Assembly (NCBI GenBank): GCA_016186115.1
Contig: JACPMK010000002.1
Location: forward strand, 72,983-136,982
DNA: 64,000 bases
From: Candidatus Wildermuthbacteria bacterium
GTDB lineage: Bacteria; Patescibacteriota; Minisyncoccia; Minisyncoccales; UBA10102
Direction of reading: 5' to 3'
Both the position numbers and the translations under genes were made by a program. The notes under the pieces are model-generated. The model saw only the letters and a list, made by a program, of their open reading frames with translations. It was not told the DNA's origin and searched no databases. Below are positions 23,105 to 31,958 of this stretch, one piece after another. The stretch's first letter is position 1, and every line of letters starts with the position of its first letter.

Positions 23105-24529
23105 ATGATGAAGGTGTCAAATACGCTGTCTCGGCGGAAGGAAAATTTGCGGCCGAGAAAGAATAAAGAAATACATCTTTTTGTCTGCGGACCGACCGTA
23201 TACGATTTTTCGCATATCGGCCATGCCAGAACCTATATTGCTTTTGATGTGATTGTGAAATATTTGCGAAGCATTGGTTTTCGCGTGGAGTATCTTCAGA
23301 ATATTACCGATGTTGACGACAAAATTATCAATCGGGCAAAAGAATTAGACACGAGTCATATCGCCTTGGCAGAAAAGTTCGAAAAAGATTATCGGGATGA
23401 CATGAAAACGCTCAAGGTGGACAGTGTGAGCAGATATGCAAGAGCAACCAGACATATCAAAGAAATCATTGGGCAGATCCAACGGCTATTGCAAAAGGGT
23501 TATGCTTATGAAATTACTGGAGACGGGATTTACTACGATATCTCGCGATTCAAACGCTATGGCAAGCTTTCCGGCAGAACAAGCACGCAGGCAGAAGATG
23601 CAATTTCAAGAATTGATGAATCGATACATAAGCGCAATAAAGGCGATTTTGCGTTGTGGAAGCTTACCCCGCGAAGCCCAAAGGGCGAAGTGGGATTCGT
23701 GGAGTCAAGCTGGCCAAGCCCGTGGGGAAAGGGGCGGCCCGGCTGGCATATCGAGGATACAGCAATTACCGAAAAATATTTCGGGCCGCAATACGATATT
23801 CATGGCGGAGCGAGAGATTTATTATTTCCTCATCATGAAGCAGAAATAGCGCAGATGGAGGCACTTTCTGGCAAGCGACCCATGGCAAAGTATTGGCTGC
23901 ACACGGGATTCCTCACTATTCATGGAGAAAAGATGTCGAAATCTCTTGGAAACTTTATTACCATTCGGGATTTTACAGAGAAATATTCAGCCCGCCTCCT
24001 TCGTTTTTTGGTTTTGAAAACGCATTACCGCTCCCCTATTGACTACAGCGAAGAAATGGTAGAACAAGCACGGCATGAGTTGGCAAGAATAGATGAATTT
24101 GTAGGCAAACTTCATGAAAAATCCGAAATCCGAAGCACGAAGCATGAAACAAATTCAAAATTAACTTTAAAATTCAAAAAGGATTTTACAAAAGCGATGG
24201 AAGATGATTTCAATACTCCAATTGCAATTGCATCGTTGTTTCAGTTGATTAATCAGGGTAATATCTTTTTGGATAAAGACCGTATTGGCCGCACCGCCGC
24301 AAAAGCGCTGCTCGATTTCTTTCAAGAGATCGATACGATTTTTGGATTTATTTTCTGGCGGGAAAGAGCTGCAATTTCTCCCGATATTAAACAACTCATA
24401 CGGGAACGTGAGGAATATCGCAAAAAAGGAAATTGGGAAAAAGCAGACGAACTGCGCGCAGTTTTGAAGACACGCGGCTGGACCGTGGAAGATACCGCCA
24501 CTGGTCCAAAAATCAAAAAATCTCCCTAG
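23105..24529 (+). CDS. cysS: Cysteine--tRNA ligase
   Basis: HIGHARTY and KMSKSLGN class-I motifs are present. Confidence 0.95.
   Translation: MMKVSNTLSRRKENLRPRKNKEIHLFVCGPTVYDFSHIGHARTYIAFDVIVKYLRSIGFRVEYLQNITDVDDKIINRAKELDTSHIALAEKFEKDYRDDMKTLKVDSVSRYARATRHIKEIIGQIQRLLQKGYAYEITGDGIYYDISRFKRYGKLSGRTSTQAEDAISRIDESIHKRNKGDFALWKLTPRSPKGEVGFVESSWPSPWGKGRPGWHIEDTAITEKYFGPQYDIHGGARDLLFPHHEAEIAQMEALSGKRPMAKYWLHTGFLTIHGEKMSKSLGNFITIRDFTEKYSARLLRFLVLKTHYRSPIDYSEEMVEQARHELARIDEFVGKLHEKSEIRSTKHETNSKLTLKFKKDFTKAMEDDFNTPIAIASLFQLINQGNIFLDKDRIGRTAAKALLDFFQEIDTIFGFIFWRERAAISPDIKQLIREREEYRKKGNWEKADELRAVLKTRGWTVEDTATGPKIKKSP
24117..24180 (+). repeat. Degenerate heptanucleotide array inside cysS (family copy 1)
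   Basis: tccgaaa tccgaag cacgaag catgaaa caaattc aaaatta actttaa aattcaa. It encodes SEIRSTKHETNSKLTLKFKK. Confidence 0.8.
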
Positions 24530-24573
24530 GAGAGCTGCTTGCCAATTTAAAAAAGAGCGGATATGATGGGTTC

Positions 24574-25971
24574 ATGACAGAGCAGCAACCCGAAAAACGG
24601 CAACTTGTTGAAAAACTTCCTCCCCAAAGCATTGAAGCAGAAATGTCTCTTTTGGGATGTTTGATGCTGGACAAAGACGCGATTGTAAGGGTCGTGGATT
24701 TTTTGGAGCCGCGCGATTTTTATCGCAACACTCATCAGCTGATTTATCAGGCAGCGCAGGAACTTTTTGAGCGCAGCGAACCCATTGACTTGCTCTCGGT
24801 TTCCACGCGTCTTAAAGAAAAGGGGCAATTGGAAACAATCGGCGGTCATGGCTACCTCACAGAGCTCATGAATACCGTTCCTACTGCTTCGCATGTAATG
24901 ACCTATGCCAAGATTGTGCAGAGGAAGCGCATTCTCCGCGATCTTATTGTGGCGGCGCGGGAAATTGAAGTGATGGGATATGACGAGGAGGAAGACCCCG
25001 ACGTTTTATTGGATAAAGCCGAGGCACAAATTTTCAGCATTGCCCAGAAAAATCTTTCGCATAACTTTGTCCGTATCAAAGATACGCTTGAGGAGGCGTT
25101 TGAGCGGTATGATCGTTTGCATCGCGGCGATCAGCTCACGCGAGGCGTGCCCACTGGTTTTGCCGATCTCGATAAAACTCTTTCCGGGTTTCAACAGTCC
25201 GATTTAATTATTCTTGCAGCACGACCTTCTCTTGGGAAAAGCGCGCTTGCAGTTGATATTGCGCGTCGCGTCGCGACCATCATAAAGCAGCCAGTTGCTA
25301 TTTTCAGTTTGGAGATGTCAAAAGATCAGGTGGTGGACCGGGTGATTGCTGCGCAGGCAAATGTTGATATGTGGCGTTTGCGCACTGGCCAATTTTCGAG
25401 TCAGGAAAATGATTTCTCAAAAATTCAACAAGCCCTTGGCACGTTGTCAGAGGCCCCTATTTTCATCGATGACACCCCCGGCCAAAATATTTTGCAGATG
25501 CGAGCAATGGCGCGGCGTCTCAAAGCTCAATACGGCTTGGCTCTGCTTGTGGTTGATTACCTGCAATTGATGTCGCCCCGCAATACTCTGGCGAGCCCGG
25601 TGCAGCAGGTGACAGAAATTTCCCGTTCCCTCAAGGGATTGGCAAGGGAATTAAATGTTCCGGTGCTTGCGCTTTCCCAGCTTTCGCGGGCAGTAGAGCA
25701 ACGTCTTCCTCCCCGTCCCCGCCTCTCGGATTTGCGTGAGTCAGGATCCCTTGAACAGGATGCGGATGTGGTATTGTTCATTTATCGTGAAGACAAGTAC
25801 AAGCAAGAAACGCCCAATAAGAACGTTGCAGAAATTATCATTGCAAAACACAGAAACGGGCCAGTCGGTTCGGTAAAGCTCTTCTTCAATGAACAGATCG
25901 TGAGCTTCTCTGATCTTGCAAAGGGCATGGAGCCAGAAGAAGGGAGCGTTACCGAAGATCTGCCATTCTGA
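24574..25971 (+). CDS. dnaB: Replicative DNA helicase
   Basis: PPQSIEAEMSLLGCLM, ARPSLGKSA and LSQLSR are present. I trimmed the start to ATG 24574, downstream of the cysS stop. Confidence 0.9.
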   Translation: MTEQQPEKRQLVEKLPPQSIEAEMSLLGCLMLDKDAIVRVVDFLEPRDFYRNTHQLIYQAAQELFERSEPIDLLSVSTRLKEKGQLETIGGHGYLTELMNTVPTASHVMTYAKIVQRKRILRDLIVAAREIEVMGYDEEEDPDVLLDKAEAQIFSIAQKNLSHNFVRIKDTLEEAFERYDRLHRGDQLTRGVPTGFADLDKTLSGFQQSDLIILAARPSLGKSALAVDIARRVATIIKQPVAIFSLEMSKDQVVDRVIAAQANVDMWRLRTGQFSSQENDFSKIQQALGTLSEAPIFIDDTPGQNILQMRAMARRLKAQYGLALLVVDYLQLMSPRNTLASPVQQVTEISRSLKGLARELNVPVLALSQLSRAVEQRLPPRPRLSDLRESGSLEQDADVVLFIYREDKYKQETPNKNVAEIIIAKHRNGPVGSVKLFFNEQIVSFSDLAKGMEPEEGSVTEDLPF

Positions 25972-25978
25972 TTTCACC

Positions 25979-26608
25979 ATGTATCCCAAAACAATTCGAC
26001 ACCTCATTGAATTATTCTCAAAGTTCCCTACAGTTGGCCCGCGCACAGCGGCCAGATTTGTTTTTTATTTGCTGAAAGCTCCGGAAAAAGAAGTTCAGCA
26101 ATTGATTGAGGGACTGGAACAATTGAAAAAACAGGTTCGGCTTTGTGCATTTTGTTTTAATCCTTTTGATGCTGCAGAATCGAATCATGGGGAACTCGAC
26201 CCGATTTGTGCTGATTCCAGCCGCGACACTTCGCTTTTATGTATCGTGGAAAAAGAAAGCGACTTGGAGGCGTTGGAGAAAACAAAAACGTATCACGGTC
26301 TATATTTTATTCTTGGCGGAACGGTTGGGATGTTGCGCAAGGAAGATCTTAATAAACTTCGCATGGAAGCATTGCGGCAACGTATTGAAAATCCTTCCCA
26401 ATTTGGAATTGCTCGCAAGGGCTTTAAAGAGATTATTATTGCGGTTAACCCTACCACCGAGGGTGTGGCCACTGCATTGTATATTGAACGTACGCTGAAA
26501 TCTTTTTCTGGAACAATCACTCGTCTTGGACGAGGACTGCCTGTTGGCGGCGAAATCGAATACGCCGACGAAGAAACATTGCGTAATGCTCTCGAACGGA
26601 GACATTAA
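25979..26608 (+). CDS. recR: Recombination protein RecR
   Basis: LIELFSKFPTVGPRTAARFVFYLL, a Cys4 zinc finger and a Toprim segment are present. I trimmed the start to ATG 25979. Confidence 0.9.
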   Translation: MYPKTIRHLIELFSKFPTVGPRTAARFVFYLLKAPEKEVQQLIEGLEQLKKQVRLCAFCFNPFDAAESNHGELDPICADSSRDTSLLCIVEKESDLEALEKTKTYHGLYFILGGTVGMLRKEDLNKLRMEALRQRIENPSQFGIARKGFKEIIIAVNPTTEGVATALYIERTLKSFSGTITRLGRGLPVGGEIEYADEETLRNALERRH

Positions 26609-26649
26609 GCTAGTTTCTAAGCGACTCGCAGTTGACGTGTCAATTTTAA

Positions 26650-26964
26650 CTATTTTGCTTCGATGGCTGTAATTTCCACCTCGGTGAAAAGTTGGCGATA
26701 GCCCTTCTTTTTCTTTTCCCGCTTTTTCGCCTTGAATTTAAATACGATAACTTTTTCTGCTTTGCCGTGTCTTAGTATTTTGCCTTTTACCGTAGCGCCT
26801 TCTATATTGGGCGTCCCGATCGTAATATTCTCATCATTTTTTGCTAAGAGAACATTTTCAAATAGAACTTCCTCCCCTTCTTTTTGAGGGAGTTTTTCTA
26901 TCTTAATTCTCTGCCCCGGTTTCACGAGATACTGTTTTCCGCCCGTTTTGATTACTGCTAACAT
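26650..26964 (-). CDS. rplU: 50S ribosomal protein L21
   Basis: MLAVIKTGGKQYLVKPGQRIKIEKL. I trimmed the start to ATG 26964. Confidence 0.9.
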   Translation of the reverse strand: MLAVIKTGGKQYLVKPGQRIKIEKLPQKEGEEVLFENVLLAKNDENITIGTPNIEGATVKGKILRHGKAEKVIVFKFKAKKREKKKKGYRQLFTEVEITAIEAK

Positions 26965-27004
26965 ACAAGAGCCATTATACTCAAATTCCAAATATAGTCA
27001 ACTT

Positions 27005-28051
27005 TCACTCGGAGGGATCGGGGGAGGGTTGCTGGAGCTCTGCAATCTTTACGTCATTGGAAGTGCCGGTGAGCTTGAGGATGTCTTTGTCGATTTTGCG
27101 AAATTCTTTCGATGCGAGATTATAGGTGTTGACGGTGGTGCCAAGATGCGTGCCGAGCTTGGCAAGGTATTCGTCATAGGCCTTCAAGTGATTGCTTAGT
27201 TGGCCTACATTTTTCAAAATTTCCTTGGTGGATTCTTGTACCTGATAGGCCCTCATGCTTTGCCACAAGCTTTGCAGGGTAACATAAAAAGTCGTTGGAG
27301 AAACAATATGCACATGTTTTTCGCGGATGGCGTATTCCAAAAGGTCACGGGTATTTGCTTTGACGACCCCAATTTTATTGATGAGTAAATCGTAATAAAT
27401 GCCTTCTGCCGGAATAAACATAAAGGCAAAGTCCATAGTCCCCTCTTCTGGCCGGATATATTTTGCAGTTTCTTCGATACGATTTTTGAGGTCTTGAAGA
27501 AATATTCGTTCCAATTCTTCCCTTCTGGATTCTTCCGGTTCTTCTACAATTTTATTATAGTTTTCGAGCGAAAATTTTGAGTCGATGGGAATCAATTTTT
27601 CTCCCAAGAAAAGAACCGCATCAACCGCATCGCCGTTGCGAAAACGATATTGTAGTTGATATTGTTTGGGGTGAAATGCCTGCTTGAGCAGAGCTTCGAG
27701 ATAATATTCGCCCAAGATGCCGCGATGTTTGGGATTGCGGAGAATGTCTTGGAGCTTTTGAAGCTGATCAGAAAAGCCGAGCACTTGTTTGTTTGTTTCG
27801 TCGAGGCGGGTGAGCTTTTCCGTGATATTTTCGATAAGCTGGGCGCTTTGGCTGTATTGCGTTTGAAACATCTTGGCAGAGTCGCCAAGTTTTGTGTCGA
27901 GGGTGTTGCGAAGCTCATTGAGCTGATTCTGGAGCATCAAAAGAGCTGAATCCCCTGTTTTGGATTTTTGGATTTCTTTTCTAATAAAAAATACCGCAAG
28001 CGCGATTCCTGCGAGCACTATTATCGTGAATAAGATAAGGCCAGTATCCAT
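27005..28051 (-). CDS. rmuC: DNA recombination protein RmuC
   Basis: An N-terminal TM and a coiled coil are followed by VDAVLFLGEKLIPIDSKFSLENY and FAFMFIPAEGIYY. Confidence 0.85.
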   Translation of the reverse strand: MDTGLILFTIIVLAGIALAVFFIRKEIQKSKTGDSALLMLQNQLNELRNTLDTKLGDSAKMFQTQYSQSAQLIENITEKLTRLDETNKQVLGFSDQLQKLQDILRNPKHRGILGEYYLEALLKQAFHPKQYQLQYRFRNGDAVDAVLFLGEKLIPIDSKFSLENYNKIVEEPEESRREELERIFLQDLKNRIEETAKYIRPEEGTMDFAFMFIPAEGIYYDLLINKIGVVKANTRDLLEYAIREKHVHIVSPTTFYVTLQSLWQSMRAYQVQESTKEILKNVGQLSNHLKAYDEYLAKLGTHLGTTVNTYNLASKEFRKIDKDILKLTGTSNDVKIAELQQPSPDPSE

Positions 28052-28078
28052 GCAACCTTACCATATCATACTTGGGTC

Positions 28079-29119
28079 TTATTTTGTATTGGCAATAATT
28101 TCGGCGGCAACAAAGAGAATATACAGTCCTCCCAATAAGACCGCCTCTTTTCTGGTGATCTTTTTCCCAGTATGCACGGTGATAAAGAACATCATTAATC
28201 CTACAATAAGAAAGAATCGGGCGATGGCAAAAGGCGAAAATTCAACAATTTCAATCGGATTTATGAGAGCTACAATTCCCAGTATGAGAGTAGAAAGTGT
28301 TACTACGGAGCCCATTAATTCTCCCAAGATGATCCAATTATTGCCGCGTTTGGCGGCGTTGAGTGTAAAATAAAGTTCAGGCAGAGCGCTTCCCAAGCCC
28401 ACAACAAGAATTCCAATAACTGAAATAGGAAGATCAAGGGACGTTGCGAAAAATTTCGCAGAACGCACCACCCCTTCGGCAGAAAGAGCCACCATTCCAA
28501 GCGCAAGAATAAGGACAGCAATACTGCGAAAGAATTTTCGAAACTCTCTGACCGGTCCCCCTTCTTTTTGATTTCGATACTCCTGCGCGTAGAGTTTGCG
28601 TTTGTGGAGCAGCCATACGCTGTAGCAAAAGAAAATGAAGAGCAGCAGGATTGCGTCTCCCCTGCCGAGTGCGCCATCGAGAATAAGTACGAGCGGAAGC
28701 AGCGCAACGAGGGTCGTGAACAAAGAAGATGTTTGAGCCATGCTGCTGTGCGCCTCCAATCCTTTGCCCAGAAATACCGCAAGCGCTGCAATCAGCGTAA
28801 GATCGATCACGTTATTGCCCACGATGTCTCCAAACGAGAGCTCGGGCACATTGTCGAGCGCAGAAGAAATTCCTACAAAAAGATTGGGAATGGAGGAGCT
28901 GAGGGCCATCACAAAGAACGCCATCACAAATTCTCTCCATTGCAGGTACGAAGCAATATGGCTAATACTTGTTGTTGCGATGCTTGCCGCACGGAAAAGC
29001 AGTATCCCCGAAAGGAGAAACACAAAAGAAAACGATGGAAACCCCGGAGAAAGTATGCCGAGCGACAGAAACCCAAGCGTTCCTCCCAAAAGAAAAAGCA
29101 GAAGCAGATTCCATTTCAT
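28079..29119 (-). CDS. Ca2+/cation antiporter (CaCA, YrbG-like)
   Basis: Two alpha-repeat motifs are present (GDIVGNNVIDLTL and GSALPELYF), and the protein is polytopic. Confidence 0.8.
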   Translation of the reverse strand: MKWNLLLLFLLGGTLGFLSLGILSPGFPSFSFVFLLSGILLFRAASIATTSISHIASYLQWREFVMAFFVMALSSSIPNLFVGISSALDNVPELSFGDIVGNNVIDLTLIAALAVFLGKGLEAHSSMAQTSSLFTTLVALLPLVLILDGALGRGDAILLLFIFFCYSVWLLHKRKLYAQEYRNQKEGGPVREFRKFFRSIAVLILALGMVALSAEGVVRSAKFFATSLDLPISVIGILVVGLGSALPELYFTLNAAKRGNNWIILGELMGSVVTLSTLILGIVALINPIEIVEFSPFAIARFFLIVGLMMFFITVHTGKKITRKEAVLLGGLYILFVAAEIIANTK

Positions 29120-31743
29120 GGTGCGTAGGTTACTTTTCTTTTAAAATACCACTTGGCGCATTCGATCAGTATAACATTGAGAATCGCAAGTCCCAAAAGT
29201 GTAATCCAATTGATGAGAGATAAAGGAGTGGTTCCGAGCAATAGATGAAAGAGTGGGAGATATACAGCGGCAATCAACGCGGCAAGTCCGATGAGTACGC
29301 TTGCAACCAGAAACGTATTGGAGAATGGGTTGTATTGCCAGATATTTTTATGCAAATTTTTACAGGAGAATATGTAGAGTAATGAATTAAGGCCTAGCCC
29401 CACAAAAATGATTGTTTGGATCTGTTGCGCGGAAAGGTCGGTGGCTTTAAGCAAAAAAAAGAATAATCCCAACAGCAAAATATCTGTGAAAATACCTATG
29501 ACAAAAATGATTATTTTCATCTCGAGATTAAGCAGAGGTTCTTTTTTCGCCAAGGGAGGGCGATGCATCACATCTTTTTCTGGTTTCTCTGAAGTAAGCG
29601 CAATACCGGGAAGCCCATCTTCAATTAAATTTATCCAAAGAATCTGGAGCGCAGAAATCGGCAAAAATGGCGTCTGTAACAAAATACTGGTACCAATGAG
29701 AATGGTTTCGGTGAAAGATCCTGAAAGCATGTAGGTAATAATTTTCCGGATGTTGTCAATGATGACTCGCCCTTCCCGTATTGCCGCAGGAATAATCGCG
29801 AAATTGTCGGCCAGAAGAATAACATCCGCCACCTCCTTGGCGACTTCCGTGCCAGACCCAAGAGCCAATCCAATATCAGCTTTTTTCAAAGCTGGGGCGT
29901 CATTGATCCCGTCGCCAGTCATGGCAATAACTTCTCCACGATTTTGCCACGCTTCAATGATGCGCAATTTATGCGCTGGTTCTACTCTCGCGTATACGGA
30001 AATATTCGGAAGGCGCCGTTGCAATTCTTCGTCATTCATATTATCCAGCTCTTTTCCTTCGATGACAGATTCAGCAGTGGTAGCGAGATTAAGTTCTTGC
30101 GCTACTGCTTTTGCGGTTAAGATATGGTCGCCGGTTACGATGATGGTTCGCAATCCGGCTTGACGCGCATGCTGGATGGCTAATTTTGCCCCTTTTCTTA
30201 GAGGATCTTTGAAGGCGATAAAGCCGGCAAGGGTAACATGCTCCAGATGGGTGCGCAGTTTTTTTGAAAATTCTGGGTCGTTCTCCCATTCGTCAAGCTC
30301 TATGGTTTTGGATCCCAGCGCAATGACGCGCAGCCCTTTTTGCGCCAATTCCGCTACTCCTTGCATTAATTGAGCGCGTTCTTCTTGATCCAAGCCCGAA
30401 AGTTGCAAAAGAGTTTCCGGGGCTCCCGCTACATACGCCTCGATTATTTGTTTCCCCTCTCTGTGGAAGCTGGCCATGTATTTTTGTTCTGAAGAAAACG
30501 GAATGACAAAAATTCTTGGAGAGCGATTCTCTATATTGTTTTGATACACCCCGGCGTCAATCGCAGCTTTCAAAAGCGCCCTGTCTGTCGGACGTCCCTT
30601 GATAACCCATTGTTCAAAAGGACTGTGAGGATTTTCGATGAAGGCCTCGTTCGCGAACATGGCGCATGTCAAAACGTATTCTCTTGTTGATTGCTCTGTC
30701 GGAATTATTTGTTCCACTTCCATTTTTCCCTCCGTGAGCGTGAGGGTTTTATCAGTGGCGATCACAGAGGCGCTGCCAAGAGTTTCTGCAGAATGGAGAT
30801 GACGCACCAGTCCCTGATGAGCAAGGATTCGCTGCATGCCAATCGCAAGTACGATGGTCATTGCCACGGGCAATCCCTCGGGAATTGCTCCCACCGCAAT
30901 CGCGACTGCCATTTCAAACATTTCAAGCATATTGCCGCGCGTAAGAATTCCTTCTATAAATATTCCCATGGCGAGTATCCCAATGAGAATCCCGATCATC
31001 CATGAAAAACGTATGAGCCGTTGTTGATAGGGTGTTTTTTCATCTTTGGCGTGTTGAATGAGTGTTGCGATTTTTCCCAATTCTGTGCGTTGATCGGTTG
31101 CCGTGACCACCGCCATTCCTTTGCCTTCTTCAATTGTGCTTCCCATGTATACCATGTTGTCGCGATCTGCGAGTGGGGTATCTGGAGCAAGTGCTTGGGG
31201 ATGTTTTTCCGATGCAATCCATTCTCCCGTCAATACTGCCTCGTTAATTTTCAAATCCCAGCCTTCAATAATTCTGCCGTCAGCAGCTACCATGTTGCCA
31301 GCCGTGAGCATGAGAATATCTCCCGGCACAATATCTTCTTGCGGCACTTCTTTTTCGATTCCTTCACGGATTACGAGAGCGGTTTTCTTGAGAATTTTTT
31401 TGAGAGCCGAGAGCCCTCGGGTCGCTTTATTTTCCTGAACATAGCCGATCATTGTGTTGAGAAGCACTGCCCCCCAGATTACAATGCTATCGGTATATTC
31501 TTGGAGAAAGAGCGTAATGCCTCCCGCGATCACCAAAATAAAAATCAGCGGGCTTCGAAATTGCCGCAAAAAAATAAGCAATGGAGAAGGATACTTTTCT
31601 TCTGGCAGCAGATTTTTTCCGAATACTTTTTGCCGCTCTTTGGCTTTCTTTTCATCGAGTCCTTGATTTGGATGAGTTTTGAATTCCTTGAGAACTTCAT
31701 CCAATGACTTCGCGTGCCACAATGCATTCTCTATCTCTTGCAT
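29116..31743 (-). CDS. P2-type (Ca2+/cation) P-type ATPase with divergent core motifs
   Basis: TGDHILTA, GDGINDAPALKKADIG and DPLR are present. The phosphorylation motif reads DKTLTLT and the actuator motif reads TGEW. Confidence 0.85.
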   Translation of the reverse strand: MQEIENALWHAKSLDEVLKEFKTHPNQGLDEKKAKERQKVFGKNLLPEEKYPSPLLIFLRQFRSPLIFILVIAGGITLFLQEYTDSIVIWGAVLLNTMIGYVQENKATRGLSALKKILKKTALVIREGIEKEVPQEDIVPGDILMLTAGNMVAADGRIIEGWDLKINEAVLTGEWIASEKHPQALAPDTPLADRDNMVYMGSTIEEGKGMAVVTATDQRTELGKIATLIQHAKDEKTPYQQRLIRFSWMIGILIGILAMGIFIEGILTRGNMLEMFEMAVAIAVGAIPEGLPVAMTIVLAIGMQRILAHQGLVRHLHSAETLGSASVIATDKTLTLTEGKMEVEQIIPTEQSTREYVLTCAMFANEAFIENPHSPFEQWVIKGRPTDRALLKAAIDAGVYQNNIENRSPRIFVIPFSSEQKYMASFHREGKQIIEAYVAGAPETLLQLSGLDQEERAQLMQGVAELAQKGLRVIALGSKTIELDEWENDPEFSKKLRTHLEHVTLAGFIAFKDPLRKGAKLAIQHARQAGLRTIIVTGDHILTAKAVAQELNLATTAESVIEGKELDNMNDEELQRRLPNISVYARVEPAHKLRIIEAWQNRGEVIAMTGDGINDAPALKKADIGLALGSGTEVAKEVADVILLADNFAIIPAAIREGRVIIDNIRKIITYMLSGSFTETILIGTSILLQTPFLPISALQILWINLIEDGLPGIALTSEKPEKDVMHRPPLAKKEPLLNLEMKIIIFVIGIFTDILLLGLFFFLLKATDLSAQQIQTIIFVGLGLNSLLYIFSCKNLHKNIWQYNPFSNTFLVASVLIGLAALIAAVYLPLFHLLLGTTPLSLINWITLLGLAILNVILIECAKWYFKRKVTYAP

Positions 31744-31810
31744 ATTCAGTTAGTATATCAATGAACGTATCCTTTGCAAACAGACAATTTTATGCTACAA
31801 ATAGATACAC

Positions 31811-31883
31811 GCTCCCATCGTCTAGTGGCCCAGGACATCAGGTTCTCATCCTGGAAACACCGGTTCGACTCCGGTTGGGAGCG
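31811..31883 (+). tRNA. tRNA-Glu (CUC)
   Basis: Hand fold: acceptor GCTCCCA/TGGGAGC, anticodon arm TCAGG-TTCTCAT-CCTGG, T arm ACCGG-TTCGACT-CCGGT. No CCA is encoded. Confidence 0.93.
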
Positions 31884-31923
31884 CCGCGTAATAAATTTTT
31901 CCGAAAGAAAAATTTAAACGCGG
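31884..31923. terminator. Hairpin between tRNA-Glu (+) and ftsI (-)
   Basis: The outer stem is CCGCGT...ACGCGG and the inner stem is AAATTTTTC/GAAAAATTT. Confidence 0.55.
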
Positions 31924-31958
31924 CTGGGATGTAAAAATGCTTTCGTTCCAAATGTGAG

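Noticed and set aside
24433-24573. N-terminal extensions in the ORF track for dnaB. Similar extensions occur for recR 25916, miaA 55500, nusB 48057, dnaX 22476, rplU 26991, rplJ 42498, dCMP deaminase 59266 and the protease 62707.
   Set aside because: The extensions overlap the preceding gene, are low-complexity, and end at an internal ATG/GTG where the conserved N-terminus of the family begins. I trimmed the starts accordingly.
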